IMG/VR virus record: IMGVR_UViG_3300044800_000286
DNA from: a virus
Strand: one strand, 5' to 3'
DNA length: 64,000 bases
Position 1 is the stretch's first letter. Every line of letters begins with the position of its first letter. Below are positions 36,411 through 46,487 of this stretch, piece after piece. Under the pieces are notes generated by a model that did no database searches, had not been told where the DNA came from, and worked only from the letters and a program-made list of their open reading frames with translations. Both the position numbers and the translations under genes were made by a program.

Positions 36411-38687
36411 TTACTGGCATGCGTGCTTCAATGAACGGCCGCACTTCGGACAAAGCCCTTTGCTCATCAGTTCCTCGGCCCGCCCCCGTTCCGCTTCAAC
36501 AGCAGCATCATGCAGGGCCTTCTGCGTGCCGGCCAAATCCGACTGCGCGGCGGAAAGCTGCTCGTCGATCTCGGCCAGTTTCCCGGCCGTTTCCTTCAGT
36601 TCCTTCCGCAGCGCAGCCGCATTCTCTAGGAAGGTAATACTGCTCTGAAGCCGGGTTAGCTCATTTACCGGGATTTCCGTGCGGAATGTCGCCAAGTCCC
36701 CGGTGTCGAATTGGCTTTCGATCAACGTAGCTGTTTCAGCTAAGGCCTTGATCTGCTTCCACAAAGCGTAAATCCCGTTCCATTTCTCGGTGGCGGCCTC
36801 GATGGCTTGGAGCGGCTTGTTCATCCAGCGGGCGAACGTGTAGGCGAAAGCCGCCCGCTCCGCATGAAGCGCAAGCTGCTGAAGCCGCTCGACTCCCGTG
36901 GTGTCGGGCAAGATCAGGGCTTCTACGATACGTTGCAGGGGCTCCAGCCGCAGGCAACGGGCCGCACACTCCACCAGCCAATAGGACTCGATTTCCAAGT
37001 GGCGGGCGGCGGACTCCAAAGCCTGTAGCTCTTCGGCCAACTCGTGGGCTTTCGCGGACATCTTCTCCAGCTTCGCCTTGCGCTCCTCGGAGTTGCGTAT
37101 CTGGGCCGCCAGCACGCGGGCCTCGCCGTCCTTCTGTGTCTTCAGGAGGTTGGCCTGCTTCTTCCCGGCCTCCAGCTTCTCCGTGCCGCCGAAAGCGCCG
37201 AGGATGGCGTTGATCTCGCTCGGCTTGTAGGTCTTGTTGTCGATGAGGAACTGCGGACGGTTCTGGCTGGCGAAGATCGGGTCGAAAGTGAAATCGCCGA
37301 TCTTGATCTCGCCCAGATTGAATTTCTTGACAATCTCCGGGATGTCCCCGTCAAGCTTGGAGAACTTGTCCTCGCCTATCGTGTAAGCGACGGAGCCCCG
37401 CTTCGAGCGGGTGGCAACAACGGTGTGCCCGTCGTGTTCGAGCGTAAGCTCAAGGGGCTCGTCCTTGGGATCGCGGATGTACGCCACGTCAAGCTCGTTG
37501 CGTATGATGCCCTGCAAAGCCCTGTACAGCGAACTGTTGTGGGCTATGGTGAAGTCCCCCAGCAAGAACAATCCGTCGCCATCAAGCTCAAAGCCAAAAT
37601 ACTCCCCCCATCCGGCAGATGTGGCATGGAACCCTGTTGTAAGAGGATTCTTACTTGAATCGTGCTTGGCTTGTTTACGTTGAATGCGGGTGGGAATGCT
37701 GGTCAATTCGCCAGCGATCCTCACTCGAAAATATACCCCTCCCCTGCCGTTCTGGTCTTCCTTTTTCGAGGGTTTTACCGATGCTCTGAAACCAAGGGAT
37801 CGAGCAATAAACGCAGCATCGTCCGCCAATGCCTTTAGTTTTGATACAAACTCAAACTGCTTTTGACCCTCTAGGTGGCCATCGGAATCCAGCAAACCCG
37901 CCAACAACAACATGCGATCACGGCTGCTGGCGGTTTTGTATTCCCAAGAGAGGCGTTTTTCCCCATCCACGACAAGGCCTAAAGAGCGGAATTTCGACAA
38001 CAACGCATTCTGCGAGTGTCCTCTCTTGGGAGCAACCCACTTCCTGCCGCCGCTGAAGACCCATGTGCTTGCTTTGTTGCCTTTCTTACCATTTCTCCGG
38101 AGCCTCAGGTTAAACTTGTCAGCGACTTTATTCAGATAGTCAAGCACTTCTTGGTCTGCCGTCGTAATCGCCAGAGAATGTAAGTTTGTGCTGCCGTCCC
38201 CCAGCCATAGACCAACGAAATATGGATTAAACACTTCACGATTACACGGGAATGTTATGGCGGAAGAACGCTGAAGTCGGGCAGAGTTGCGAAACCATTT
38301 CCCTCGGCACACTAAATCCCTAACTTCTATTTCAATTGGGTGTCTATAGGATGGGCATTTGCCCTGCAATTTCTTCCCGTTGAACTTAAGAGGTAAGATG
38401 TGCCTACTGTTGCAGCGCCAACGGTCGCCTTTTTTGGGGATGATATCATACATCTCGTCCCAGCCATGAGCAAGACTCAACACTCTGCGGGGTTTGGAGT
38501 CCGGCCCCATGAGCAAATCGCTGACCTGAACGTCTTCAACGTTCTTGATAGTTCCGTCATACATGAACACAGGAGTGCCCTTGGCTAGGCATTTCCCCTC
38601 GTTTGAGGGACCGATGAGTATGGTCAGCCCTTGTATGTCCAGTTCAAATGCTGGCCATGGCTGGAAATTTTTGCCGCTGAATTTCAT
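36411..38687 (-). CDS. sbcC: SbcC/Rad50-like ATPase, N-terminal half only (ends at the Zn hook), intein-containing
   Basis: KNFQ, GPSNEGK|SS, Q-loop FASQ, coiled coil, terminal CPKC. Confidence 0.8.
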   Translation of the reverse strand: MKFSGKNFQPWPAFELDIQGLTILIGPSNEGKCLAKGTPVFMYDGTIKNVEDVQVSDLLMGPDSKPRRVLSLAHGWDEMYDIIPKKGDRWRCNSRHILPLKFNGKKLQGKCPSYRHPIEIEVRDLVCRGKWFRNSARLQRSSAITFPCNREVFNPYFVGLWLGDGSTNLHSLAITTADQEVLDYLNKVADKFNLRLRRNGKKGNKASTWVFSGGRKWVAPKRGHSQNALLSKFRSLGLVVDGEKRLSWEYKTASSRDRMLLLAGLLDSDGHLEGQKQFEFVSKLKALADDAAFIARSLGFRASVKPSKKEDQNGRGGVYFRVRIAGELTSIPTRIQRKQAKHDSSKNPLTTGFHATSAGWGEYFGFELDGDGLFLLGDFTIAHNSSLYRALQGIIRNELDVAYIRDPKDEPLELTLEHDGHTVVATRSKRGSVAYTIGEDKFSKLDGDIPEIVKKFNLGEIKIGDFTFDPIFASQNRPQFLIDNKTYKPSEINAILGAFGGTEKLEAGKKQANLLKTQKDGEARVLAAQIRNSEERKAKLEKMSAKAHELAEELQALESAARHLEIESYWLVECAARCLRLEPLQRIVEALILPDTTGVERLQQLALHAERAAFAYTFARWMNKPLQAIEAATEKWNGIYALWKQIKALAETATLIESQFDTGDLATFRTEIPVNELTRLQSSITFLENAAALRKELKETAGKLAEIDEQLSAAQSDLAGTQKALHDAAVEAERGRAEELMSKGLCPKCGRSLKHACQ
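37536..38591 (-). mobile_element. Intein (352 aa, LAGLIDADG) in SbcC Walker A
   Basis: CLAKGTPV...LLGDFTIAHN|S; GLWLGDG, AGLLDSDG. Confidence 0.92.
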
Positions 38688-38898
38688 TAGAAGTCTGACC
38701 CACCGAGGCTGTATCCCACGGTGTCCGTATCGATCCACTCCGCACCACAGCCGGGACATGGATAAAGAGGGGGATCAAGCCCCAAGAACCCCGTGGACGA
38801 GAGATTCGCCCCGCAGCTGGAGCAATAGGCTCCGCCGTTGCCCTGATCGGTAACGACGTGCAGGCGATAGACTTTTTCTTCATCTTTGGGTTGCATCT

Positions 38899-39063
38899 TC
38901 ATTCGCCGATAATCACCTTGGCTTCTTTTTCGTCCCGCCAAACCTCCGGGCAGATTTCGTATCGTTCGGGTTCATTGTAGCCGCTCCAGCAAGCACCTAC
39001 GATCACGACCTTATCGGTTGGCGGATATTGTTGTAATTCTTTGATCAGTTCGGCGACAGTCAC
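38899..39063 (-). CDS. Small conserved phage protein
   Basis: MTVAELIKELQQYPP..KVVI. Confidence 0.6.
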   Translation of the reverse strand: MTVAELIKELQQYPPTDKVVIVGACWSGYNEPERYEICPEVWRDEKEAKVIIGE

Positions 39064-39065
39064 GG

Positions 39066-40343
39066 CTAAACCACATCCACGTCCTCGATATCGAAGCCCT
39101 TGCTCGCCGGGGCATCCTCTTCGCCTTCGGCGAAGCGAGCTTCCTCGGCGGTGACTTCCGAAGCGAAGCGCCCGGTGTTGTCGTTGCGGATCGTCTCGGT
39201 GAGAAGCTCCTTGAGCTTGCCCAGCACCTCGGGATTCTCCTTCTCCACGAGGTCTTCGATTGCCGCCTGCTTTGACGGATATCCGGCGATGGCTTCGTCC
39301 TTGGACTTGCCGACGTAGTACTTCGCGCCGGAGTTCGCGATGAACCCGTAGTCGCGGGCGAGTTCCCTCACGCTCATGTTGTCGTCGATCCCCACGCCCG
39401 GTTCGATCCAGATGAACCCCTCGCGGTAGCCAGCCCCGGTGACCTTGTTCTTCAGGGTGCGGGCGCGCACGCGCATCCACATCGACTTGCCCTTGGTTTC
39501 CGGAGTCGCCATGGGGATCACGAACGGGTCCTTCTCCGGCCCCTTGCCGTCAACCTTGTCGGGCTCAAGCGGCTTCACGTCCTTCGCCATGCGAAGCTCG
39601 ACCATGACGCTCGGGATGAAGCGGCAGATGCGCCCGCCGGGGAGTGTGTAGGTGAGGTTCGTGAAGCTGTAATCGTTGGCCCACTGCGCGTCGATGCTGT
39701 CGTCGATGCGGGCGCGGGTCTGGTTGACCATGAGCATGTGCCCGTTGTATTGCTTCATGTACGGGCTGAGGATGTCGAAGAACTTGGTCATCGTCTGGGC
39801 GTGCTTGCCGTAGGACGCCTTCATGGCCTTGCCGCTGAAGATGTCCTTGCGCTCCACCATGGATTTCATGCTGGGGATGGAATCGTAGATGAAGAAGCGA
39901 ACGCCTTCTTCCAGAAGCGCCACGGTCTCCTGTATCGCCTTGTTGGTGGAGTTGGGCTGGAGCAACCTGCACATATCCATGTCCACGCCGATCCGCTCCA
40001 GGTAGGACGGCGTGCCGGTGCCCTCGAAGTCGAAGATGCCGAGGGGCTCCCCGGTGAATTTCTGGTAGTTCTTGGCGACCACGTAGGCCCACGTGGACTT
40101 GCCCACGCCCTCGTTGCCGTGCACCGACGAGACGCGGCCGTGGCGGCTGATGCCCCCGAGGCCGAGCACGCTGTCGAACACGATGAGGCCGTAGGGGACA
40201 AGCTCGTCCACCCAGTCCTTCGTCAGGACTTGGAAATCCGGCTTTTCTTCTTTTCTTGCTTTGAGGAACAACTCACGACGCGCTTCCGGTGTGAGATTAC
40301 GGAGAACTTCCGCGGATGTCTCGGACTTCTGTTGCTTTGCCAT
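39066..40343 (-). CDS. recA: RecA/UvsX-like recombinase
   Basis: GNEGVGKST, IYDSIP, VNQTR, PGGR...F, KNKV. Confidence 0.92.
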   Translation of the reverse strand: MAKQQKSETSAEVLRNLTPEARRELFLKARKEEKPDFQVLTKDWVDELVPYGLIVFDSVLGLGGISRHGRVSSVHGNEGVGKSTWAYVVAKNYQKFTGEPLGIFDFEGTGTPSYLERIGVDMDMCRLLQPNSTNKAIQETVALLEEGVRFFIYDSIPSMKSMVERKDIFSGKAMKASYGKHAQTMTKFFDILSPYMKQYNGHMLMVNQTRARIDDSIDAQWANDYSFTNLTYTLPGGRICRFIPSVMVELRMAKDVKPLEPDKVDGKGPEKDPFVIPMATPETKGKSMWMRVRARTLKNKVTGAGYREGFIWIEPGVGIDDNMSVRELARDYGFIANSGAKYYVGKSKDEAIAGYPSKQAAIEDLVEKENPEVLGKLKELLTETIRNDNTGRFASEVTAEEARFAEGEEDAPASKGFDIEDVDVV

Positions 40344-40417
40344 TGTGACGATCCTCCAGCTAGTTGCCGATAAGACCCTAAGGTCGGCGGCTAAGCTCGC
40401 TAGTTAATACTGAACAG

Positions 40418-41266
40418 CTAGATAAAAAAATACTTTCGAATCAAAGTCTTCTTTGGATTAGAGGCGTCTTTTACACCAAGACTATAGCTGGCTTTTTTGT
40501 ACGAATACCAGTATTCGGGACGGTGAAGCATGCCTACGATCTGAATCCTCTGGTTCCGGCCCTTGCCTTTAATCTCTTCGGTGGCGTTGCAAAGACGGGT
40601 GAGAAAGCTGTTCGGAACCTCATCCGGTTTGCCCATCAAAATTTTAGCTGCGTATGACCCCACCATTGCCATGAGCACGCCGTCGCAAGAATCGGAGTCC
40701 AGTTGCGGGTAGATTTTTTGATCCACAAATGTATAGGCTTTAAGGATATTTTCGCGTTTATTTGTGGCTCCACGCCGCTTCAATCCCATAAGCGAACGCA
40801 AAGTACTGGCATTGGGTGTGAGAATACGGATGTCGCCGAAGCTGTCGGCCAGCACGCCGTCCTCAAACAGGATCACATGCAGAATGCGTGAAAGGCCCAC
40901 CAAAAAATCATTTTCTGGCGTTGGAAATTCTGTGCTGATCAGTAACCCCGTGCGCTTGTTGGCTGGGAAAAGCTTCAAATATTCCCGAATATACAGCGCG
41001 ATTAACTTACTTCTGACCCACAGCGTCGTACGAGTATGCCGCCCGTCCTCGATCTTGTCCGGCTTGACACTGCCGATACCCAACCACCGAGTTTGAAGAA
41101 CACCACTCTCTACAAACGCACCCATGACAGCGAACCCCGTGCGGGACACGCTGGGGTCGAGGCCCAGCACCAGCCAGTTGTCTATGTTCGGGTTGGGATC
41201 GGGGACGCGAAGCTCGGGCGGCTTCCGCTCTTTCTTGGCTCGGAGCATGCGGGCGTGCTCCAACAC
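40418..41266 (-). CDS. ruvC: RuvC-like Holliday junction resolvase
   Basis: LGLDPSVSRTGFAV, E, DSDSCD. Confidence 0.75.
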   Translation of the reverse strand: MLEHARMLRAKKERKPPELRVPDPNPNIDNWLVLGLDPSVSRTGFAVMGAFVESGVLQTRWLGIGSVKPDKIEDGRHTRTTLWVRSKLIALYIREYLKLFPANKRTGLLISTEFPTPENDFLVGLSRILHVILFEDGVLADSFGDIRILTPNASTLRSLMGLKRRGATNKRENILKAYTFVDQKIYPQLDSDSCDGVLMAMVGSYAAKILMGKPDEVPNSFLTRLCNATEEIKGKGRNQRIQIVGMLHRPEYWYSYKKASYSLGVKDASNPKKTLIRKYFFI

Positions 41267-41284
41267 ACGTCTGAGCCCTAATAC

Positions 41285-42001
41285 TTACTCTTCGGATATG
41301 ACTTCGATATCGAATCCGACTTCCCGTGCGGCAGCACGTTCGCGCTCAAGGTAGCGTTCCCTCACTATCATAGTCCACATCTTGGATTCGGCCTGCCAAT
41401 GGTACCCTCGGGCCTTTGCTTTTTCCCGATCATTGTAACTGACAAGCGCCCTTATGGTAAGAACGGGGCTTTTTGCCGTTTCGACCACCTGATCGATGTT
41501 GTAGCAGTCCAAGATTTTCAGCATTGTAAGAGCATCAAATACGGCGCGGTGCGAAAACGGGTTCAAGAAACCGTGATCCGCCGCCATATAGATCAATCTG
41601 GTGCTGTTACGGGAAGAAATCTCAAGATCGCATTTGGTGTCGATGCGGAACTTGCTAGGCAACGGCAGATTGTGCCTTTTCGCCCAATGCTCTAGAAGGG
41701 GAAAGTCAAACCCAAAACCGTTGTGGGCGACTACCGTGTCCGCTTTGTCGAACCATGAAATGACCTGTTTGAGGGCGGCAGCTTCCGTTATGCCGTATTT
41801 GGCGCAAATCTCATAAGAAAGGCCGTTGCTTTCGGATGCGCCGGGTTCCCACGCTGCGTCAGGGCCCGGATCAACGAGATTTCCAAGAAGCTTTACGGGG
41901 CTGTGCAAATCCGTATCCCATAAAACCATGCCTATTTCAACGATTGATGCCGTGGCAACCTTGAGTCCGGTCGTTTCTGTGTCAATTCCGAGCAAAATCA
42001 C
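41285..42001 (-). CDS. DEDDh 3'-5' exonuclease (DnaQ-like)
   Basis: DTETTG, HNGFGFD, HRAVFDA. Confidence 0.9.
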   Translation of the reverse strand: MILLGIDTETTGLKVATASIVEIGMVLWDTDLHSPVKLLGNLVDPGPDAAWEPGASESNGLSYEICAKYGITEAAALKQVISWFDKADTVVAHNGFGFDFPLLEHWAKRHNLPLPSKFRIDTKCDLEISSRNSTRLIYMAADHGFLNPFSHRAVFDALTMLKILDCYNIDQVVETAKSPVLTIRALVSYNDREKAKARGYHWQAESKMWTMIVRERYLERERAAAREVGFDIEVISEE

Positions 42002-42241
42002 TTACTTGTCCTCAGTAGCGGCATCGGTTATCTGGACAAACACTGGACACTCGTACACCGGAGTGACCGTATTAAATTTCACGCGGTTCTCATAGGTGGC
42101 CTGCGCGATCGCGCAATTCTCCGGCGTGCCGGGCTTGAAGCTGCCGCACTTGAAGCACAGGCAATGATTGCGGTGCTGCCCCTTCAGTTCGGAGTCCACC
42201 CGGATGGTCGCTCCGTGATGCTCATGTTGTTCGAATGCCAT
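42002..42241 (-). CDS. Cys-rich hypothetical protein
   Basis: HCLCFKC...C...ECP. Confidence 0.6.
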   Translation of the reverse strand: MAFEQHEHHGATIRVDSELKGQHRNHCLCFKCGSFKPGTPENCAIAQATYENRVKFNTVTPVYECPVFVQITDAATEDK

Positions 42242-42338
42242 AATCTATCCCCCTGAAAAACAGGGGGCTCCAGACTTCGAAGCCCCCACTACTCTACCTA
42301 TTGGTGCATCTTTAACCGCTCTTAACGGTTAAAGTCCG

Positions 42339-43217
42339 TCACAATTCGTCCATGTTTTCAAGGGTTTTTTCTTCGCCCCCGGAGACGCCGCTCAACAGCG
42401 CCTTCCATTCGATCAGATTGAGCTTCTTGCCGAGCTTATAAATCAAAGCCTTGCCGTCGCGGAACCGCTCGCAGGCGGCCTCCACTTCCTTGACAAGCTC
42501 GGGGTTCTGGTGCCAGCGGGCCTTGTTCGACGCCCGGTTGAACTCATAGCCGAACGCACGGCCTTCCGCGTGCGTCATGATGATGTCGATGTCATACGGG
42601 GTCTGATCCTCGTCCGGCAGCTTCTTTATCTGCTTCATGTTGAAGCCGCTCAGGTCAACGTATCCGAGTTCCTGCTCGATGGGGGGAACGTGTCCGTCCG
42701 CGCCCTTGCTGTACTTCCCGGTCGTCGGGTCGGCGTTCGTGTAGACTAGCACTAACGCCACGATGTGGGTCGTGGAGTCCTCGGCAAGCTTGGTACAGCA
42801 CCAACCCTGCTCGTCAGAGCCCACGGGGATCAAACAACGGTATTTGCCTTTCTTGGCGTCCTTGCCCGTGCCGATCTCGACGAAGTGCGACTTGGCGCTC
42901 TTCATCTTGACCGACTTGATGAAGGCGATGCGGACAGCACGGCCCTTGTCGGGACGGATGCGGTTAAGCTGGCCGGGACGGCTGTACACCTTCTCGTCGT
43001 CAAAGTCCGTATCGTGGATGTCCGAGTCGTCCTCGGCCTTCGTTGCGACCTTCGGCATGTCGTCGTCGAAATCGTCCGCCACGGCTTGGCGCGGTTGCTG
43101 CTTGGGTTGATGCGCTTGTGCCGGGGCGGCTGCGGCTGCGGCGGCGGCGGGACGGGCGGCCGGGGCCGGGGTCTTCACATCATTCAACTCATCATCTTCA
43201 AACGTTTGCATTGCCAT
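42339..43217 (-). CDS. Single-stranded DNA-binding protein (gp32-like), putative
   Basis: H...C...CC Zn ligands, YDI, acidic termini, replication context. Confidence 0.6.
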   Translation of the reverse strand: MAMQTFEDDELNDVKTPAPAARPAAAAAAAAPAQAHQPKQQPRQAVADDFDDDMPKVATKAEDDSDIHDTDFDDEKVYSRPGQLNRIRPDKGRAVRIAFIKSVKMKSAKSHFVEIGTGKDAKKGKYRCLIPVGSDEQGWCCTKLAEDSTTHIVALVLVYTNADPTTGKYSKGADGHVPPIEQELGYVDLSGFNMKQIKKLPDEDQTPYDIDIIMTHAEGRAFGYEFNRASNKARWHQNPELVKEVEAACERFRDGKALIYKLGKKLNLIEWKALLSGVSGGEEKTLENMDEL

Positions 43218-43220
43218 GTG

Positions 43221-43583
43221 CTATTTTTCTCCTGTTTGTTCCAAACTACTACTACTTGATACTGTTTTTTCTACTACTTCCCGTTGACGAAGAGGACCAA
43301 GGGTAACAAACTTAACCTTGCGCTTGCTTTTAGTGAGTTTTATCTCACCCGTAAACGGAATTTTCCTCAGTATGCCGGGTTTGTGCCGGATTGTGAATTT
43401 CCCGAAGCGATTCAGCTTCAGGGTGAACTTGTCCTTGGCGAGATTGTTGAGAAGAACCTCTTCGAGGGAAGAAATCACCGTGTCGATGGTTTTCTCGGCT
43501 TCCTTCTTCGTCCCCAGATTGAGGGCGCGCTGGACAATGGATGTAAGCTCATCGCGTCCGGCTTTCGATTTACCTGTGGGCAT
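43221..43583 (-). CDS. HU/IHF family DNA-binding protein
   Basis: LNRFGKF...RKIPFTGE...KVKF. Confidence 0.9.
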   Translation of the reverse strand: MPTGKSKAGRDELTSIVQRALNLGTKKEAEKTIDTVISSLEEVLLNNLAKDKFTLKLNRFGKFTIRHKPGILRKIPFTGEIKLTKSKRKVKFVTLGPLRQREVVEKTVSSSSSLEQTGEK

Positions 43584-43635
43584 CTGATTACCTCTACGTG
43601 GGAATAATACTGATTGTCGAAGAATATCGACAAAA

Positions 43636-44430
43636 CTACTGGCGCTCCCAAATTCTTGCGATCCTTAACGCGCAGACGTACGGGTCGGTCTTGTGCTCCC
43701 TCCAAGCGGAAAGCGCGGAAACGCTCTCGAAGACCCGGCTCTTGGGCAGGACCAGGGACGACAGATACTTGAATTCGCTGGGCCTCGGCGTGCGGCCCGT
43801 CTTGCGGAACCCCTTGTCGTCGTTCTCCGCGGCGAAAACATACTCCACCAAAGTCCAATAAAGGGTGTTAAGGCGATAGACCGGGTCTTCGTCCTGCGGA
43901 AGCCATGCGATGTAATTCTCCCATGGGCTGGGCCATGTCCTGCGCTCCGGCGTCGGCCCGGTCAATAGCCATGCCGCCTGCCAGACTCCGGCCTTGATGT
44001 CGTACAGGCTTTTCGCCACCTCTGCCGCCACGTAGTCGATTGTTCGCCTCGAAGGCTTGGGCATGTCCATAAGCTGGCACGCCTTCCGCACGATGGCGTT
44101 GGCCCCGGCGCTGCCTTTCTCGATGATGTCGAGGGACCAGATGCCGACCTGCGGACGGACGTTCGGCGAAAGGTCGATCTGGCTGCTGCGGTCCACCCGG
44201 TAGAGCTTGGGCTCTTCCTTCCCGAGGATGTGGCTATCGTTGAGGGTCTCCACCGGCTCGCAGGCTATCTTGGCACGGTGGTGCACGGAAAGGAATTGCT
44301 CGGCGAAGCGCATCTGCATGGCGTCCTCGCCGATCAAAACATTGTGCTTTTTGGGCGTCTTCTCCAAGAGGAGCGGCGTCGTGGGATACTCCGTCGCGCG
44401 GATGCCGGGTCTGAGCTTCTTGTTCCCCAT
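43636..44430 (-). CDS. Hypothetical protein
   Basis: 264-aa GC3-rich ORF, leaderless start. Confidence 0.65.
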   Translation of the reverse strand: MGNKKLRPGIRATEYPTTPLLLEKTPKKHNVLIGEDAMQMRFAEQFLSVHHRAKIACEPVETLNDSHILGKEEPKLYRVDRSSQIDLSPNVRPQVGIWSLDIIEKGSAGANAIVRKACQLMDMPKPSRRTIDYVAAEVAKSLYDIKAGVWQAAWLLTGPTPERRTWPSPWENYIAWLPQDEDPVYRLNTLYWTLVEYVFAAENDDKGFRKTGRTPRPSEFKYLSSLVLPKSRVFESVSALSAWREHKTDPYVCALRIARIWERQ

Positions 44431-44445
44431 AAGGGGAAATACTGC

Positions 44446-44751
44446 TTAGGGCTTCAATTTTGCGAGTTCGGCCTTGATGTCGGCTTCGATCTTTGCGGCT
44501 TCGGCCTTCACCTTGACCTCAACTGCGGAGGCATCGGCTTCCAGTTCGGCGACTTCGGCCTTGGCCTTGCCTTCGAGCGTGGCGAACACCGCCTTGGCAT
44601 AGGCCAACTCGACGCCCACATCAGCCTTGATCTTCGTCGCTTCGGCGGTCACGACGGTGGCGACTTTCGATTCGATGGCCGCGAAGGCGGCCTCAAGCTT
44701 GACGATCTCGGCTTCTAGAAATGTTGATGCGATGAAACTCTTGAATGACAT
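44446..44751 (-). CDS. A/E/K-rich amphipathic repeat protein
   Basis: GGAG RBS. Confidence 0.65.
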   Translation of the reverse strand: MSFKSFIASTFLEAEIVKLEAAFAAIESKVATVVTAEATKIKADVGVELAYAKAVFATLEGKAKAEVAELEADASAVEVKVKAEAAKIEADIKAELAKLKP

Positions 44752-44815
44752 AAATGTCTCCCTGTTTAGGTGAAGCGTAGTCTGGACTATCCACCCAGCC
44801 CCTAATACTGCAATT

Positions 44816-45451
44816 TCAAAGTTCTGCCTTTTTCGATTGGAATTTCTCCTGGGCCTCGTTCATCTCGTCTATGAACCGGGCTGCGGACGCGAGATGCATC
44901 AGCACCCGCTTGCCCGCGGGCGTGAGGGCCGCCCCCTCCTTGCCTTGGGTCATGAGCCCGAACTGCGCGCTCACGGCGACAAAAGTCTCGGCCAACCCGG
45001 CCAGCGCCAGCCGGATACGCTCCGGCTGCCACGCGGAGATGTGCTCCGCCCTGAGTTCGCCGATCAGAAGCTCGACCAAGGATTTGTGCTCCGGCTGGTC
45101 CAACTCCTTCAGGAGCAGCAGGAATGCCCGGAGCAGCACCGGGGCGAACTCGGGCTGGAGCGTCCCCACTTCCTGCAAGATCAACCCGCCGACCAGCGCC
45201 GCCGTGCCGAACGTGGCCCCCCACTTGTAGACATTAGATAATTTTGGGTCGTCGGCGAACTCCGTGAGCGTGGGGTAGCTGGCGTACTTCGCCAGGAGTT
45301 TCTTCGCAGCGAGGATGTACTTCTCCGGCTCCCGGTTGCGCATCACCAGGGCCAGCATCTCGTTCTTCGCCACCCGCGTGCATGAACGTTGGATGAACAG
45401 GATTTTCTGGAGTTCGTCCGCGGATCGAATGGGGATGAGTTTCTTCTTCAT
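44816..45451 (-). CDS. Hypothetical protein
   Basis: GC3-rich ORF. Confidence 0.65.
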   Translation of the reverse strand: MKKKLIPIRSADELQKILFIQRSCTRVAKNEMLALVMRNREPEKYILAAKKLLAKYASYPTLTEFADDPKLSNVYKWGATFGTAALVGGLILQEVGTLQPEFAPVLLRAFLLLLKELDQPEHKSLVELLIGELRAEHISAWQPERIRLALAGLAETFVAVSAQFGLMTQGKEGAALTPAGKRVLMHLASAARFIDEMNEAQEKFQSKKAEL

Positions 45452-46133
45452 TTAGGCCTCACGCTAAAGATTCGCTTTTGGCGACGAAAAGCCCGTTGTC
45501 GGCAAGTAGAGCCACAAAATTTTGATCGATGAGCAGGGGTTAGATATGCCTTGTTGCAAGACTGACAGACCGTCCGTCTTTGAACGCGTGGCTTCCGTTT
45601 TTGCATATTGTAGGTTCCCGAACAGGACTTTGAACAAAACATCCTAGTCGAGTGCACAGCATTCCGGGTAACAAACTGCCGTCCACAAGTTGGGCAAATA
45701 CGTGAAGTATGGTCATTAATCCTAAGAGCGGCGGCTTTTTTCGCTATATGACTAGCGGTTTGTGGTTTTCCTTTGTGGGCCAACCCCAAGTTTTTCCTCC
45801 ACTCAACGGAGAACTTTTTCCACGGTTGCGGGGACCGCCGCCGTCGCCGCCTTCCGTCATATTATACCCCCGTTCACGATCCATGGCGCGGTACTTGGCG
45901 ATATAAAACCGTTCTTGATTGTTCAAATCCTGAACTGACGAAGCGTAGCTCGAAAGCGGATACACCCCAAAACTGCCAATCCCGTGCCTACGGAGGGCAT
46001 GATGGAAATAGGTCTGGCTGCCCTTTTGGGCCGCTTTAATGTGGCATCTCCATCGCCGTTGCAAACTATCGCCTTGGTGTTTGCCTACGTACACTTTTCC
46101 GTTGACAAAGTTAAAAACGATATAGATTAGCAC
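45448..46133 (-). pseudogene. GIY-YIG homing endonuclease split by a -1 frameshift at ~45817
   Basis: IY...KVYVGK...RW...ERFYI...GYNMTEGGDG; a -1 shift restores GKKFSVEWRKNLGLAHKGK plus CxxC repeats. Confidence 0.7.
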
Positions 46134-46420
46134 GACTGTAGGACTCGCTTGATAAACAAGATGAGAGATGGCACTCCACGGAATGTCTCCCCAAAAAGGC
46201 CCTGAATCTCAACATAAAAAAAGGAGCCCGCATAAATATCCACAGCCCATTGCCGTCCGTTTGTGAACGCTTGGATGCGATAATTGATCACGCCCTTCTG
46301 CGACTCCCGCCAGCCGTGCTCCACGGCTTCCATGGGAAGCAAAGACAGGAGGGTGCGCCACACCAAGGCGATTTCCCGCAGCTTGGGCATCCGTCTCCGT
46401 TGTCGGTAGGAAAGGGCCAT
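46127..46420 (-). CDS. Hypothetical protein
   Basis: Leaderless start. Confidence 0.5.
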   Translation of the reverse strand: MALSYRQRRRMPKLREIALVWRTLLSLLPMEAVEHGWRESQKGVINYRIQAFTNGRQWAVDIYAGSFFYVEIQGLFGETFRGVPSLILFIKRVLQSC

Positions 46421-46487
46421 ACACTATAATACCCGAAAAAGGAACCGCCCCCGGTATGAGCGGGGGCGGCGAGGCGGGGGCGGAAAC

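Noticed and set aside
35913-36453. ORFs encoding (RRGEA)n or (SPRLA)n
   Set aside because: These are translations of the pentamer microsatellite, which is open in all frames; no evidence for a real protein.
40897-40909. Third copy of the 37-mer
   Set aside because: Only 13 bp match, inside an intact RuvC frame; probably chance.
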